DNA of 64,000 nt from Novosphingobium sp. (GCF_039595395.1 NZ_JBCNLP010000001.1:577823-641822); one strand, 5' to 3'; shown: positions 51,404-60,569, numbered from the stretch's first letter. Numbers and translations are program-made. Notes: generated from the sequence alone by a model not told the origin.

Positions 51404-52645
51404 ATGACAGATCAGGACACAAAAGGCCTTCCCGCCCGCCGCGCCGCGCTGCGCATGATGGACGCCGTGCTGCGCCGGGGCGAAACGCTGGACAATGCCG
51501 CTCACGCCGCCTGCCAGGGCATCAAGGCCCGCGAGGACCGCGCTCTGGCCCGCGCTCTGGCGGGCGAGGCGCTGCGCTGGCTGGTCGATCTGGATGCGCT
51601 GATCGATTCGGCAACGCATCAGATTTTGCCGGAAGACGCCAAGCCCCGCGCCGTGCTGCGCCTGATGCTGGCGGGCTGGCTGCGGCTGGGCACGCCGCCC
51701 CATGCCGTGGTGGCGACCGGGCTGGACCTGCTGCAGGGCGGCCCGCGCCGTCTGGCGCATGGCGTGTTCTCGACTCTGGTGAAGCGCGGGGCGACCCTGC
51801 CCGAAACGCCCAGCCTGCCCGAGGCCGTCGCCGCGCGCTGGGGCGAGCGGGCTCTGCCCGTGGCGCAGGGGCTGGCCGTGCCTCCGCCGCTGGACCTGAC
51901 TTTGCGAGAACCCGCCGAGACCGCGCTCTGGGCCGGGAAGCTGGGCGGCACCAGCCTGATGCCCGGCCATCTGCGCCTGTCGCGCGGCAGTGCTGTGGAG
52001 ACTCTGGAAGGCTTCAACGAGGGCGCATGGTGGGTGCAGGATCTGGCCGCCGCCATTCCCGCGCGCCTGATCGGAGCCGGAACGGGCCGCGCTCTGGACC
52101 TTTGCGCAGCGCCCGGTGGCAAGACCATGCAACTGGCCGCGCTGGGCTGGGATGTGACGGCGCTGGATCAGTCGGCCCGCCGTCTTGAACTGGTACGCGA
52201 GAACCTCACCCGCACGAGCCTGAAGGCCGAGACCATCGCCGCCGATGCCCTGAAATGGGAGCCGGAAGGCCTGTTCGATGCGATCCTGATCGACGCGCCC
52301 TGCACCGCCACAGGCACCGCGCGTCGCCATCCCGATGTGCTGCACCGTATCGGCGCGCGCCAGATCGCCGAGATGGCCGAAATCCAGCAGGCCCTGATCG
52401 CGCGGGCTGCGGGCTGGCTGAAGCCGGGCGGGCGGCTGGTTTACGCCGTATGCTCGCTGGAGCGTGAAGAGGGCGAGAGTCAGGCGGCGCAGGTCGGGGG
52501 TCTGGCGGCCGATCCGGTTTTGGCCTCGGAACTGCCCGAGGGTGTGGCGCCGACCGCCGAGGGCTGGGTGCGGACCGATCCGGGCATGCTGGCCGAGCAG
52601 GGCGGGCTGGATGGGTTCTTTGTCGCCCGGTGGCGGAAGGGGTAA
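51404..52645 (+). CDS. rsmB: 16S rRNA (cytosine-C5)-methyltransferase, RsmB/Sun family
   Basis: It has a NusB-like N-terminus, the SAM motif DLCAAPGGKT, and the catalytic motifs DAPCTATG and YAVCSL. Confidence 0.88.
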   Translation: MTDQDTKGLPARRAALRMMDAVLRRGETLDNAAHAACQGIKAREDRALARALAGEALRWLVDLDALIDSATHQILPEDAKPRAVLRLMLAGWLRLGTPPHAVVATGLDLLQGGPRRLAHGVFSTLVKRGATLPETPSLPEAVAARWGERALPVAQGLAVPPPLDLTLREPAETALWAGKLGGTSLMPGHLRLSRGSAVETLEGFNEGAWWVQDLAAAIPARLIGAGTGRALDLCAAPGGKTMQLAALGWDVTALDQSARRLELVRENLTRTSLKAETIAADALKWEPEGLFDAILIDAPCTATGTARRHPDVLHRIGARQIAEMAEIQQALIARAAGWLKPGGRLVYAVCSLEREEGESQAAQVGGLAADPVLASELPEGVAPTAEGWVRTDPGMLAEQGGLDGFFVARWRKG

Positions 52646-52891
52646 GAAGGAAGATGCGAGGGGGTTACCCCCTCGCGCTCACGGAACGTCTTCCGACGAA
52701 GCGGCAGTGGTTCCGAAGCCGTGCGCTCAACCTCTCCACCTGCACAACAGAAAGGCGCCGCAGGCAGTAAGCCCCGACGCCTTTCTCGTTTTTAAAGCCT
52801 GCGGCGCGGCGACCTTGCTCTGAGGCCGAACCCGAAGCGCTACGTAGACATTAAAGGGAGCGCGAGGGTGTAACACCCTCGCATTTTCCCC
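52646..52891 (-). repeat. Family-1 intergenic element, copy 10 (full length, reverse orientation)
   Basis: It occupies exactly the space between the rsmB stop (52643-52645) and the msrA stop (52892-52894). Confidence 0.9.
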
Positions 52892-53449
52892 TTAACCTTC
52901 TGCGCCTTCCTTTACCTTGGCGGCAAACCCCTTGCGCAGCTTGGCCAGCTTGGGCGGGATCACGGCCATGCAATAGGGGTTCCGCTGGCCTTCGCCGTCC
53001 CAGTAGTCCTGGTGGTAGTCCTCGGCGGCGTACCACTCGGCGGGGCCTTCGATGGTGGTCACGATGGGCAGCTTGTGGTCTTCCTGCGAACGCGTGATCG
53101 CGGCCGAAGCCTCCGCGCGCTGCTCGTCCGACAGCGGGAAGATCGCCGAACGGTACTGCGTGCCGATGTCGCCGCCCTGGCGGTTGAGCTGCGTCGGGTC
53201 GTGGGTGGCCATGAAGACATCCAGCAGGTCGCCATAGGACAGCACGCTGGGGTCATAGGTGATGCGGATGGCTTCGGCGTGGCCGGTGGCGCCGCTGCAC
53301 ACCTGCTTGTAGGTGGGGTTGGGCACGGAGCCGCCGATGTAGCCGCTTTCCACATTTTCCACCCCGGCGCACATGCGGAACACGGCCTCGGTGCACCAGA
53401 AGCAGCCGCCGGCGACGATGGCTTGGGGAAGGGTGGCAGTGTCGGCCAT
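52892..53449 (-). CDS. msrA: Peptide-methionine (S)-S-oxide reductase
   Basis: It has the GCFWC active-site motif, and the ATG at 53449 gives MADTATLPQAIVAGGCFWCTEAVF. Confidence 0.93.
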   Translation of the reverse strand: MADTATLPQAIVAGGCFWCTEAVFRMCAGVENVESGYIGGSVPNPTYKQVCSGATGHAEAIRITYDPSVLSYGDLLDVFMATHDPTQLNRQGGDIGTQYRSAIFPLSDEQRAEASAAITRSQEDHKLPIVTTIEGPAEWYAAEDYHQDYWDGEGQRNPYCMAVIPPKLAKLRKGFAAKVKEGAEG

Positions 53450-53572
53450 GGGGGGAATCTCCTTTGGGGGGGCGGCCTCCAAGTGGCGATGATGAGACGG
53501 TTTCGCAAGAGGGCGTTAAGTCCGGGCGGCGCGTGATAGACTTTGTCACAGAGCAGGCATAGGAGACGGGCC

Positions 53573-54442
53573 ATGACCCAGACTCGCACGCTTTCTGTCG
53601 CCGCCCTGCAACTTGCCCTGCCTTCGTGGGACGAGCAGGAGAGCATTGCCGCCGTCTCCGCGCTGGTGGAGCAGGCCGCGAAAGAGGGCGCCCAGGTGAT
53701 CCTGCCGCCGGAATTGTTCAGTAGCCCTTACTTCTGCACGGTCGAGGATGAGGCACTGTTCGCTCTGGCCAAGCCCACCACGGAACATCCTAGCGTGCTG
53801 GCGATGCAGAAGCTGGCCAAGGGGCTGGGCGTGGCGATCCCCACCAGCTTTTTCGAGCGCGACGGGCACCACTATTACAACACGCTGGCGATGATCGACG
53901 CCGAGGGCCAGATCATGGGCACCTATCGCAAGAGCCATATCCCCGATGGGCCGGGTTACGAGGAAAAGTACTATTTCCGCCCCGGCAACACCGGTTTCAA
54001 GGTGTGGGATGTCTTTGGCGCCCGCATCGGCGTGGGCGTCTGCTGGGACCAGTGGTATCCCGAATGCGCGCGGGCGATGGCTCTGCTGGGGGCCGAGGTG
54101 CTGTTCTACCCCACCGCCATCGGTTCTGAGCCCTATGACGCCAATCTGGACACCAGCCGCATGTGGCGCCGCGCGATGATCGGCCATGCGGTGAGCAACT
54201 GCATGCCGGTGGTGGCCAGCAACCGCATCGGTGTGGAGGGCGAGAACACCGTCCAGACCTTCTACGGCCACAGCTTCATCAGCGACGAATGGGGCGATCT
54301 GCTGGGCGATTACGGCCGCGAGGATGTGGGCGTGCTGACCGCCACGCTGGATCTGAACCGCGCCGCGATGCACCGGGCGGGCATGGGCTTTTTCCGGGAT
54401 CGCCGCCCGCAGCTTTATGGCCGCCTCGTTGAGGATATCTGA
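53573..54442 (+). CDS. Carbon-nitrogen hydrolase, N-carbamoylputrescine amidase-like
   Basis: Nitrilase-superfamily E-K-C signature, with PELF, YRKSHIP and GVGVCWDQWYPE. The sequence is AguB-like. Confidence 0.8.
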   Translation: MTQTRTLSVAALQLALPSWDEQESIAAVSALVEQAAKEGAQVILPPELFSSPYFCTVEDEALFALAKPTTEHPSVLAMQKLAKGLGVAIPTSFFERDGHHYYNTLAMIDAEGQIMGTYRKSHIPDGPGYEEKYYFRPGNTGFKVWDVFGARIGVGVCWDQWYPECARAMALLGAEVLFYPTAIGSEPYDANLDTSRMWRRAMIGHAVSNCMPVVASNRIGVEGENTVQTFYGHSFISDEWGDLLGDYGREDVGVLTATLDLNRAAMHRAGMGFFRDRRPQLYGRLVEDI

Positions 54443-55004
54443 GGCGCCGGCTGAGGGCTGGCTCTATCTGATCGCGCTGGGGTCGAATCAGCGGCATCAT
54501 CACTATGGGGCTCCGCGCGCTGTCTTGGCTGCGGCGGTTTCGGCTCTGCGCGACGCCGGGCTGACGGTGCTGGGTGTGGCGCCGGTGATCGACAGCGCGC
54601 CGGTGGGGCCCAGCCTGCGCCGCTATGCCAATGGCGCGGCGCTGGTGCGCTCCGTGCTGGAGCCGGTGGCGCTGCTGGGGCTGCTGCAAGGCATCGAGGC
54701 CGCGTTCGGGCGCAGGCGGGCGCGGCGCTGGGGTTCGCGGGTGCTCGATCTGGATATTGTGCTGTGGCAGGGCGGTGTGTGGCGCTCGGGTGGGGCGGGG
54801 CGCCGGGCGCTGGCGATTCCGCATGGCGAATGGCGTGGGCGCAGCTTTGTGACGGGGCCGGCGGCGGCGCTTGTCCCGCTCTGGCGCGACCCTGTGGATG
54901 GATTTACGGTGCGACAGCATCACCTACGCTTGACCCGGCGGCCCCGGCCCCTTAGGGGAGCCCATCCAAGCGATGGCATCGCATCGGGCGCAAGCCCAGG
55001 ATGA
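54417..55004 (+). CDS. folK: 2-amino-4-hydroxy-6-hydroxymethyldihydropteridine diphosphokinase
   Basis: LIALGSNQ..., LDLDIVLW and IPHGEWRGRSFV are HPPK motifs. The start is uncertain. Confidence 0.75.
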   Translation: MAASLRISEAPAEGWLYLIALGSNQRHHHYGAPRAVLAAAVSALRDAGLTVLGVAPVIDSAPVGPSLRRYANGAALVRSVLEPVALLGLLQGIEAAFGRRRARRWGSRVLDLDIVLWQGGVWRSGGAGRRALAIPHGEWRGRSFVTGPAAALVPLWRDPVDGFTVRQHHLRLTRRPRPLRGAHPSDGIASGASPG

Positions 55005-55013
55005 CCAAGGCGG

Positions 55014-55089
55014 GGGCCCTTAGCTCAGTCGGTAGAGCAACTGACTTTTAATCAGTAGGTCGCTGGTTCGAATCCAGCAGGGCTCACCA
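55014..55089 (+). tRNA. tRNA-Lys (anticodon UUU)
   Basis: The cloverleaf was folded by hand. Acceptor stem GGGCCCT/AGGGCTC with one G-U pair, anticodon stem ACTGA/TCAGT with loop CTTTTAA, T arm GCTGG-TTCGAAT-CCAGC, and an encoded CCA. Confidence 0.9.
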
Positions 55090-55096
55090 TGGATCA

Positions 55097-55133
55097 CAAG
55101 GGCTTGGCGGCTGTGCCAAGCCCTTTGTTTTTT
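55097..55133 (+). terminator. Rho-independent terminator after tRNA-Lys
   Basis: CAAGGGCTTGGC-ggctgt-GCCAAGCCCTTTG followed by TTTTTT. Confidence 0.85.
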
Positions 55134-55152
55134 AGCAGTCTGTCAGACTTTA

Positions 55153-56667
55153 TCACGCCGCTGCCTTGGCGCTCCGTGGCGTTCGGGTCTTGTTGCGCAC
55201 GCGGCGCATCGGCAGGCTGCGGGTGTGGCGCTTGAAATAGACGATCTCCAGCAAGGTCGGCCAGATCTCCAGCGAGGCGCGGATCAGCCCCACCTCATCA
55301 TCGACGATGCGGCTGACATTCTGCTGGAAGAAATCCGGCTCGAAATCATAGAAAGTGCGCGACAGGCCCGCCGCGAACTGGCCCAGCGCCATCCGCCGGT
55401 CCTCATGGCGCGCATGGTCCATGGCCGCCAGCACGCGGGCGTGCAGCGAGCGGGCATCGTCCAAGATCTGCTGGCTGTCCTCCAGCGAGACCGCGCCGTC
55501 ATAATCGAAGGCGATGCCCCATTCATCGGTCTTGCGCAGGGTCGAGCGGAACTTGCGCTTCAAAAGCCCGCAGACCGCCTCGTTGAAGACCTCGGCCGCC
55601 AGTGGATTGCGCATATAGGCGTTCTTGATGTGGGTCTGCGCCGAATCCACATGCGCCGCCACAAAGCCCGACTGCTGGATCCACAGGCGATAGATGTAAT
55701 CCTCGAAACGCAGCCTTGTGGGAAAGAACGGCGGCAGGCCGGTGGTGTTGTCATAGCCCGCCACGCCGCAATCCATCCGCCAGTTCACATTGGTGAGGCA
55801 GGGGCGGAAGTTCACCATCACATAGGTGTCATTCAGCCTTTCGGCGTCGATCTCTTCGGGATCGTCGAGGAACATGTCGACGTAATCCACCGCATCGATG
55901 TCATTGGTGCCGGTGCGGAAGGTCTGGGCCATCTTGATGATGCCGCCGCGCGGCAGCGTGCCGGGCTGCAGCGCCAGAGCATTGTCGCGGCAGAAGCCCA
56001 GCGAGGTGTTGCTCTCCAGATCCATCGCGGAATCGAGCAGCAGCTCGCCCTGATCGTAATTGGCCGGAGCCTCCGCCACGGTGCGGCCCAGCACATCGCG
56101 GAAGGAGGCGAGGATGTCATAGGATTTGCGGCTGTGGCCATTGGCGCCGCGCGGGATCAGCTTGCCCCGGCTGATCTCGTTCTCGCCCAGCGCCTCGGGG
56201 CTGTCCTCGATCAGCGCATAGGGGCGCATATCGTCGTCGGCGCTGACCATCAGGTCGCCCAGCGTGTACATCAGCGTGAAATTGCGGTTGCCGCCATAGC
56301 TGGGGCGGAACAGGTTGCGCACCAGCATATCCAGCTTGCGGTCTTTCAACCGGCGGCAGATGTAGCCGAGAAACTGCTCCTTCTCCGCAGGGCCGACATA
56401 CCACACCTCATTCTGGGTGCGGGTGGCTTCCAGCGTGTCGTAGTATTTCTGATGGTTGGCGATCGAGGAATCGTCGAAAACGGTGATCGGAGCGCTCTGG
56501 CCGCAGCGGGAGAAGTTCTCGTCATAGGCTTCGACGGTCTCGCCCACGTCGCGCAGGCGATAGGTGGGGATCACGAAATGCATCTGGGGTGTGGTCACGG
56601 AGACAAGTCCATCCGATGAGCGCGCCGGAACGGCGCCGGGGACGCCGTATCTAGGTCGGCGCGGCAT
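55153..56667 (-). CDS. Soluble GT-A-like protein resembling the RGP/GT75 (reversibly glycosylated polypeptide / UDP-arabinopyranose mutase) family
   Basis: The ATG at 56667 is preceded by GGAG. Motifs in RGP order are HFVIPTYRLRD, MVSADDDMRP, RMDCGVAGY and RLRFEDYIYRLWIQ. No TM segment is present, and there is a ~150-aa C-terminal extension. Confidence 0.5.
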   Translation of the reverse strand: MPRRPRYGVPGAVPARSSDGLVSVTTPQMHFVIPTYRLRDVGETVEAYDENFSRCGQSAPITVFDDSSIANHQKYYDTLEATRTQNEVWYVGPAEKEQFLGYICRRLKDRKLDMLVRNLFRPSYGGNRNFTLMYTLGDLMVSADDDMRPYALIEDSPEALGENEISRGKLIPRGANGHSRKSYDILASFRDVLGRTVAEAPANYDQGELLLDSAMDLESNTSLGFCRDNALALQPGTLPRGGIIKMAQTFRTGTNDIDAVDYVDMFLDDPEEIDAERLNDTYVMVNFRPCLTNVNWRMDCGVAGYDNTTGLPPFFPTRLRFEDYIYRLWIQQSGFVAAHVDSAQTHIKNAYMRNPLAAEVFNEAVCGLLKRKFRSTLRKTDEWGIAFDYDGAVSLEDSQQILDDARSLHARVLAAMDHARHEDRRMALGQFAAGLSRTFYDFEPDFFQQNVSRIVDDEVGLIRASLEIWPTLLEIVYFKRHTRSLPMRRVRNKTRTPRSAKAAA

Positions 56668-56873
56668 AGCGTCTCCAGCCGACAAAAGGCGGCTTTCCGT
56701 TGTATTTGCGTAGGGAGCGTGGCGAGGGATCAAAAATATATAAAAATTATATATCTTTTCCCATTCCCTCATCTGGAGCTCAAATGCCGGGCGCGCCTAA
56801 TGGAGCGGGGCCCCGGAACGGCTGAATGCCTCTGCGAACAGGCAGGCGGTTCCCAGGCCCCATGAGGACTTCC

Positions 56874-58508
56874 ATGACGATGACTGCTCTTGGCCTTCTG
56901 GCCAGCCTCGCGCTTGCTCCTGCCGGTGCGTCGGCGGATTCTGCCAGCGTGAATGACAATGCCGCGGTGCAGGCGACCGCCCAGCCTGCCGCCAACACCA
57001 AGCCGCCGATGACGGATGCCGATCTGGGCACCAGCGTGATCGGCCGCTTCTTCCGCTATCAGGTCGCCGAGATGGGCCAGACCGGATCGCCGATCACCGA
57101 TCCCAATGCGCCCTCCTCGCGCCGCGATGGCTGGACGCCCCAGCCTGAAAACGCGCCGCCCATGCCCTTCACCGAATGGCCTTATGGCGGTGCGACCAGC
57201 CTCGGCGTCAACCGCCCCAATTCGGTGGACAGCCCGCTGATGGTGGCGCTGGGCAAGACCGGGCTGGGCCAGGCGATGAGTGCCGCGCATATCCAGGCCT
57301 ATGGCTGGGTCGATGTGGGGGGCAACATCTCCACCTCCAGCCGCAAGCAGGGCAATTCGCCCGGCGCCTATGACTACAATCCCAACACGGTGCAGATGGA
57401 TCAGGCGGTGCTCTATCTGGAGCGTACCCCCGATACGGTGCAGACCGACCATGTCGACTGGGGTTTCCGCGTTGCGGCGATCTATGGCACCGATTATCGC
57501 TATACGGTGTCGGACGGGCTGTTTTCCGGCCAGTATCTGACCAACAACAAGAGCTATGGCTTCGACCTGCCGATGGTCTATGCCGATATCTACATCCCCA
57601 AGGTGGCCAAGGGGCTGGAATTGCGCATCGGCCGCTATATCGCCCTGCCCGATATCGAGGCGCAGCTCGCGCCCAACAACTATATGTACAGCCATTCGCT
57701 GGCCTACAGCTTCGACAATTACACCAACACCGGCATTCAGGCGACGCTGGCGCTGTCCAAGAACCTGTTCCTGCAACTGGGCGTGTCAGCGGGCAGCGAT
57801 ACGGCGTTCTGGAACACCGGCAAGCATATCGCCAACCCCTATCCCAGCCCGCTCTATCCGGGCCAGACCTTCCGCAAGGATCCGGGCGCCCAGCCCTCCT
57901 TCACCGGCTGTCTGCGCTATCAGACCGACAGCGCGCGCGATGCGGTCTATGCCTGCGCCGATGCGATCAACAGCGGCACCTGGGGCTACAACAACCTCCA
58001 GTGGTTCGGCCTGACCTATTACCACAAGTTCACCGACAAGTGGCACATCTCCTTCGAGACCTACAATCTCTATGAGACCAAGGTGCCCAACATCAACAAT
58101 GCCACGGTGCAGACGGTGGTGGCCAATGGTGGCACGCCCTTTGCCGGGCTTAAATACAATGCGCCCAACATGGCCCAGTGCCACGATCCCAATGCGCTGA
58201 CCTGCACCGCCAAGGCCTTCGCCCTGCTGGCCTATACCAATTATCAGCCCAGCCCGCGCGACAACATCTCGCTGCGCACCGAATATTACAATGACGAGGA
58301 AGGGCAGCGCACCGGCATCGCCACGCGCTATTACGACATTGCGCTGGGCCTGCAGCACTGGTTCAGCCCGCAGATCGAGTTCCGGCCCGAGGTGGCCTAT
58401 TACCGCTCGATCGATGCGGCGGCCTTCAACGGCGATGGCGCTCTGGGCATTGCGCCGGACAAGAACCATCAGCTCGTGCTCTCGGGCGATGTGATCGTGC
58501 ATTTCTGA
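56874..58508 (+). CDS. Outer-membrane beta-barrel protein (porin-like, bbp2/OmpL-like)
   Basis: The signal peptide is MTMTALGLLASLALAPAGASA. Alternating aromatic and hydrophobic strands run throughout, and the C-terminus is ...VLSGDVIVHF. Alternative starts are 56826 and 56862. Confidence 0.7.
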   Translation: MTMTALGLLASLALAPAGASADSASVNDNAAVQATAQPAANTKPPMTDADLGTSVIGRFFRYQVAEMGQTGSPITDPNAPSSRRDGWTPQPENAPPMPFTEWPYGGATSLGVNRPNSVDSPLMVALGKTGLGQAMSAAHIQAYGWVDVGGNISTSSRKQGNSPGAYDYNPNTVQMDQAVLYLERTPDTVQTDHVDWGFRVAAIYGTDYRYTVSDGLFSGQYLTNNKSYGFDLPMVYADIYIPKVAKGLELRIGRYIALPDIEAQLAPNNYMYSHSLAYSFDNYTNTGIQATLALSKNLFLQLGVSAGSDTAFWNTGKHIANPYPSPLYPGQTFRKDPGAQPSFTGCLRYQTDSARDAVYACADAINSGTWGYNNLQWFGLTYYHKFTDKWHISFETYNLYETKVPNINNATVQTVVANGGTPFAGLKYNAPNMAQCHDPNALTCTAKAFALLAYTNYQPSPRDNISLRTEYYNDEEGQRTGIATRYYDIALGLQHWFSPQIEFRPEVAYYRSIDAAAFNGDGALGIAPDKNHQLVLSGDVIVHF

Positions 58509-58577
58509 CAAGCTGCGCGCCGCCCTTGCGGGGGCGGCAGCAAGACCGGCTTCGGGAGCCCGACCGGCCTTGACCTG

Positions 58578-58611
58578 GCCCGCCCCGCCGCAACGGGGCG
58601 GGCGCCTTTTT
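58578..58611 (+). terminator. Rho-independent terminator after the beta-barrel gene
   Basis: GCCCGCCCC-gccgcaac-GGGGCGGGC followed by gccTTTTT. Confidence 0.7.
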
Positions 58612-58698
58612 GCCTTCGCAAGGTGTCTGCCCTCGCAAAGCGCGGCAACGCCGGCCCGGTGTCATACCGGACCGGCGTCATTGCGTGTCCGGTGAAGC

Positions 58699-59211
58699 TC
58701 AGCCCCGGCGGCCGGTTTCGAAGAGGAACCAGCGGCGGCCCTCGGCCTCATCCAGCCAGTTCTCGATCAGGCTGGCGGTGACCACGTCGCGATGCTCCTC
58801 GCACAGTTCGTGAAGGGCGCGCAGACGGGTGGCCAGATCGCCATTGTCGTCGCGCAGCTCGGCCAGCATGTCCTGCGGCTCGACGTAATCGGCGTCATTG
58901 TCCAGCACGCGGCTCAGGCGGGCGATCTGGCCGATCGAGCGCAGGGTGGTGCCGCCCAGCTTGCGGGCACGCTCGGCGATGGGGTCGGTCATGGCGAAGA
59001 TTTCATCGGCCTGACGGTCCAGCAGCAGGTGGTATTCGGTGAAATGCGGGCCCGAGACATGCCAGTGGAAGTTCTTGGTCTTGAGATAGAGCGCGAAGAC
59101 ATCGGCCAGCAGCACGGTCAGCGCGGCGGAAAGATCGCGGGTGGCGTCCTCACCCAGGCCCGAGGGCGTGGCGAGGGGGGCAATGCGCTTGGCTTGGGCG
59201 GTGATCGACAT
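58699..59211 (-). CDS. dps: DNA starvation/stationary-phase protection protein Dps
   Basis: LYLKTKNFHWHVSGPHFTEYHLLLD...ERARKLGG carries the ferroxidase-centre motifs. Confidence 0.93.
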   Translation of the reverse strand: MSITAQAKRIAPLATPSGLGEDATRDLSAALTVLLADVFALYLKTKNFHWHVSGPHFTEYHLLLDRQADEIFAMTDPIAERARKLGGTTLRSIGQIARLSRVLDNDADYVEPQDMLAELRDDNGDLATRLRALHELCEEHRDVVTASLIENWLDEAEGRRWFLFETGRRG

Positions 59212-59305
59212 GAGGCTGGTTCCTTGGGTGAGGTGAGGAGGGCAGTGTGGCGAGAATCCCCGCCGTATTCTTGGATGAAACAGATGGATTTCAGGCCAGT
59301 GACGT

Positions 59306-59689
59306 TCAGGCCAGCGACGTCGTGATGGCGATGCCCGATTTCAGCGTCAGCGTGACCGGCGTGCGCTCGGCGACATCGGCGAGGCGCGCGGCCTGGTCGG
59401 CGCTCAGGCCCACGGGGTGCAGCACGCGGCGGATCTGGCGCTGCTCGCCCGCGCCGGTCAGGCTCAGCTCGATATCGAGGCTTTCGAGCGGCCAGCCCTT
59501 GCGATCGGCATACATCCGCAGGGTGATCGCGGTGCAGGCAGCCAGGCTGGAGAGCAGCAGATCATAGGGGGCAAAGCCCGCACCCTTGCCGCCCAGCGCT
59601 TCGGGCTCGTCGGCAACAAGCTGGCGGGGGCCGACCGTGATCTGGGTGGCATAGGGTGTCTGGCCGATGGCGGCATGGGCGCGGGTCAT
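59306..59689 (-). CDS. OsmC-family peroxiredoxin-like protein
   Basis: 127 aa with the OsmC-fold pattern (GFAPYDLLLSSLAACTAITLRMYA). Confidence 0.85.
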   Translation of the reverse strand: MTRAHAAIGQTPYATQITVGPRQLVADEPEALGGKGAGFAPYDLLLSSLAACTAITLRMYADRKGWPLESLDIELSLTGAGEQRQIRRVLHPVGLSADQAARLADVAERTPVTLTLKSGIAITTSLA

Positions 59690-59747
59690 GGCTTGTCTTT
59701 CGGGAAGGTGTGGCCGGCAGGGGGATGCCGGCCACGGGGCAGGGGGA

Positions 59748-60446
59748 TCAGGCGGCGTCGACCAGAACGATCTCGGTGTCTTCCAGCGCGGTGACCTTCA
59801 GCACATCGACATCCTTGATCGCGGCGCCGTCGCGGGTGTTCACCCGCACATCGTCGATCTGAACCGCGCCGATGGCGGGCACCAGATAGCCGCGGCGGTC
59901 CTTGCCCAGCGGATATTCGGCGGTTTCACCGGCCTTCAGCGTGGCGGCCACGATGCGGGCATCGGTGCGGATCGGCAGGGCGTCGTCATCATTGTCATAG
60001 CCGCTGGCCAGCACCACGAACTGACCGGCACGCTCGCCCTTGGGGAAGGGGCGGGCGCCCCAGCTCGGCTTGTCGCCGCGCTGGGTGGGGACGATCCAGA
60101 TCTGGAAGATTTTCGTCGCGACATCTTCCATATTGTATTCGCTGTGGGTGATGCCGGTGCCCGCGCTCATCACCTGGACGTCGCCGGCCTCGGTGCGGCC
60201 CTTGTTGCCCAGATTGTCCTGATGGGTGATCGCGCCCTCGCGGACATAGGTGATGATTTCCATGTCGCGGTGCGGGTGCGGGGGGAAGCCGGTCTGCGGG
60301 GCGATGATGTCATCGTTCCACACGCGCAGGTTGCCCCAGCTGGTGCGGGCCGGATCGTAATAGTCGGCGAAGGAAAAATGGTGCTTGGCGTTGAGCCAGC
60401 CATGGTTGGCACCGCCGAGGCTGTTGAAAGAGCGCAGTTCGATCAT
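59748..60446 (-). CDS. Pirin-family protein (YhhW-like)
   Basis: FPPHPHRDMEIITYVREGAITHQD is the cupin metal-binding motif. 232 aa. Confidence 0.9.
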   Translation of the reverse strand: MIELRSFNSLGGANHGWLNAKHHFSFADYYDPARTSWGNLRVWNDDIIAPQTGFPPHPHRDMEIITYVREGAITHQDNLGNKGRTEAGDVQVMSAGTGITHSEYNMEDVATKIFQIWIVPTQRGDKPSWGARPFPKGERAGQFVVLASGYDNDDDALPIRTDARIVAATLKAGETAEYPLGKDRRGYLVPAIGAVQIDDVRVNTRDGAAIKDVDVLKVTALEDTEIVLVDAA

Positions 60447-60542
60447 GGGTTGTCTCCTGTGAAGGACCGGGACCGGGGGTGGCCTGCTGTCCTGATGGAG
60501 CGGTTTTAGCGGCGACTCGTCGATCAGTTTAGCTGGATAAAT

Positions 60543-60569
60543 AAGTTCAAAATGTTCGATGAATTTGAA
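60543..60569. promoter_or_regulatory. Conserved 27-nt AT-rich box upstream of pirin (site A)
   Basis: AAGTTCAAAATGTTCGATGAATTTGAA lies 97-123 nt upstream of the pirin ATG. It matches 63375-63401 at 24 of 27 positions and contains the inverted repeat GTTCAA-N14-TTGAA. Confidence 0.55.
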
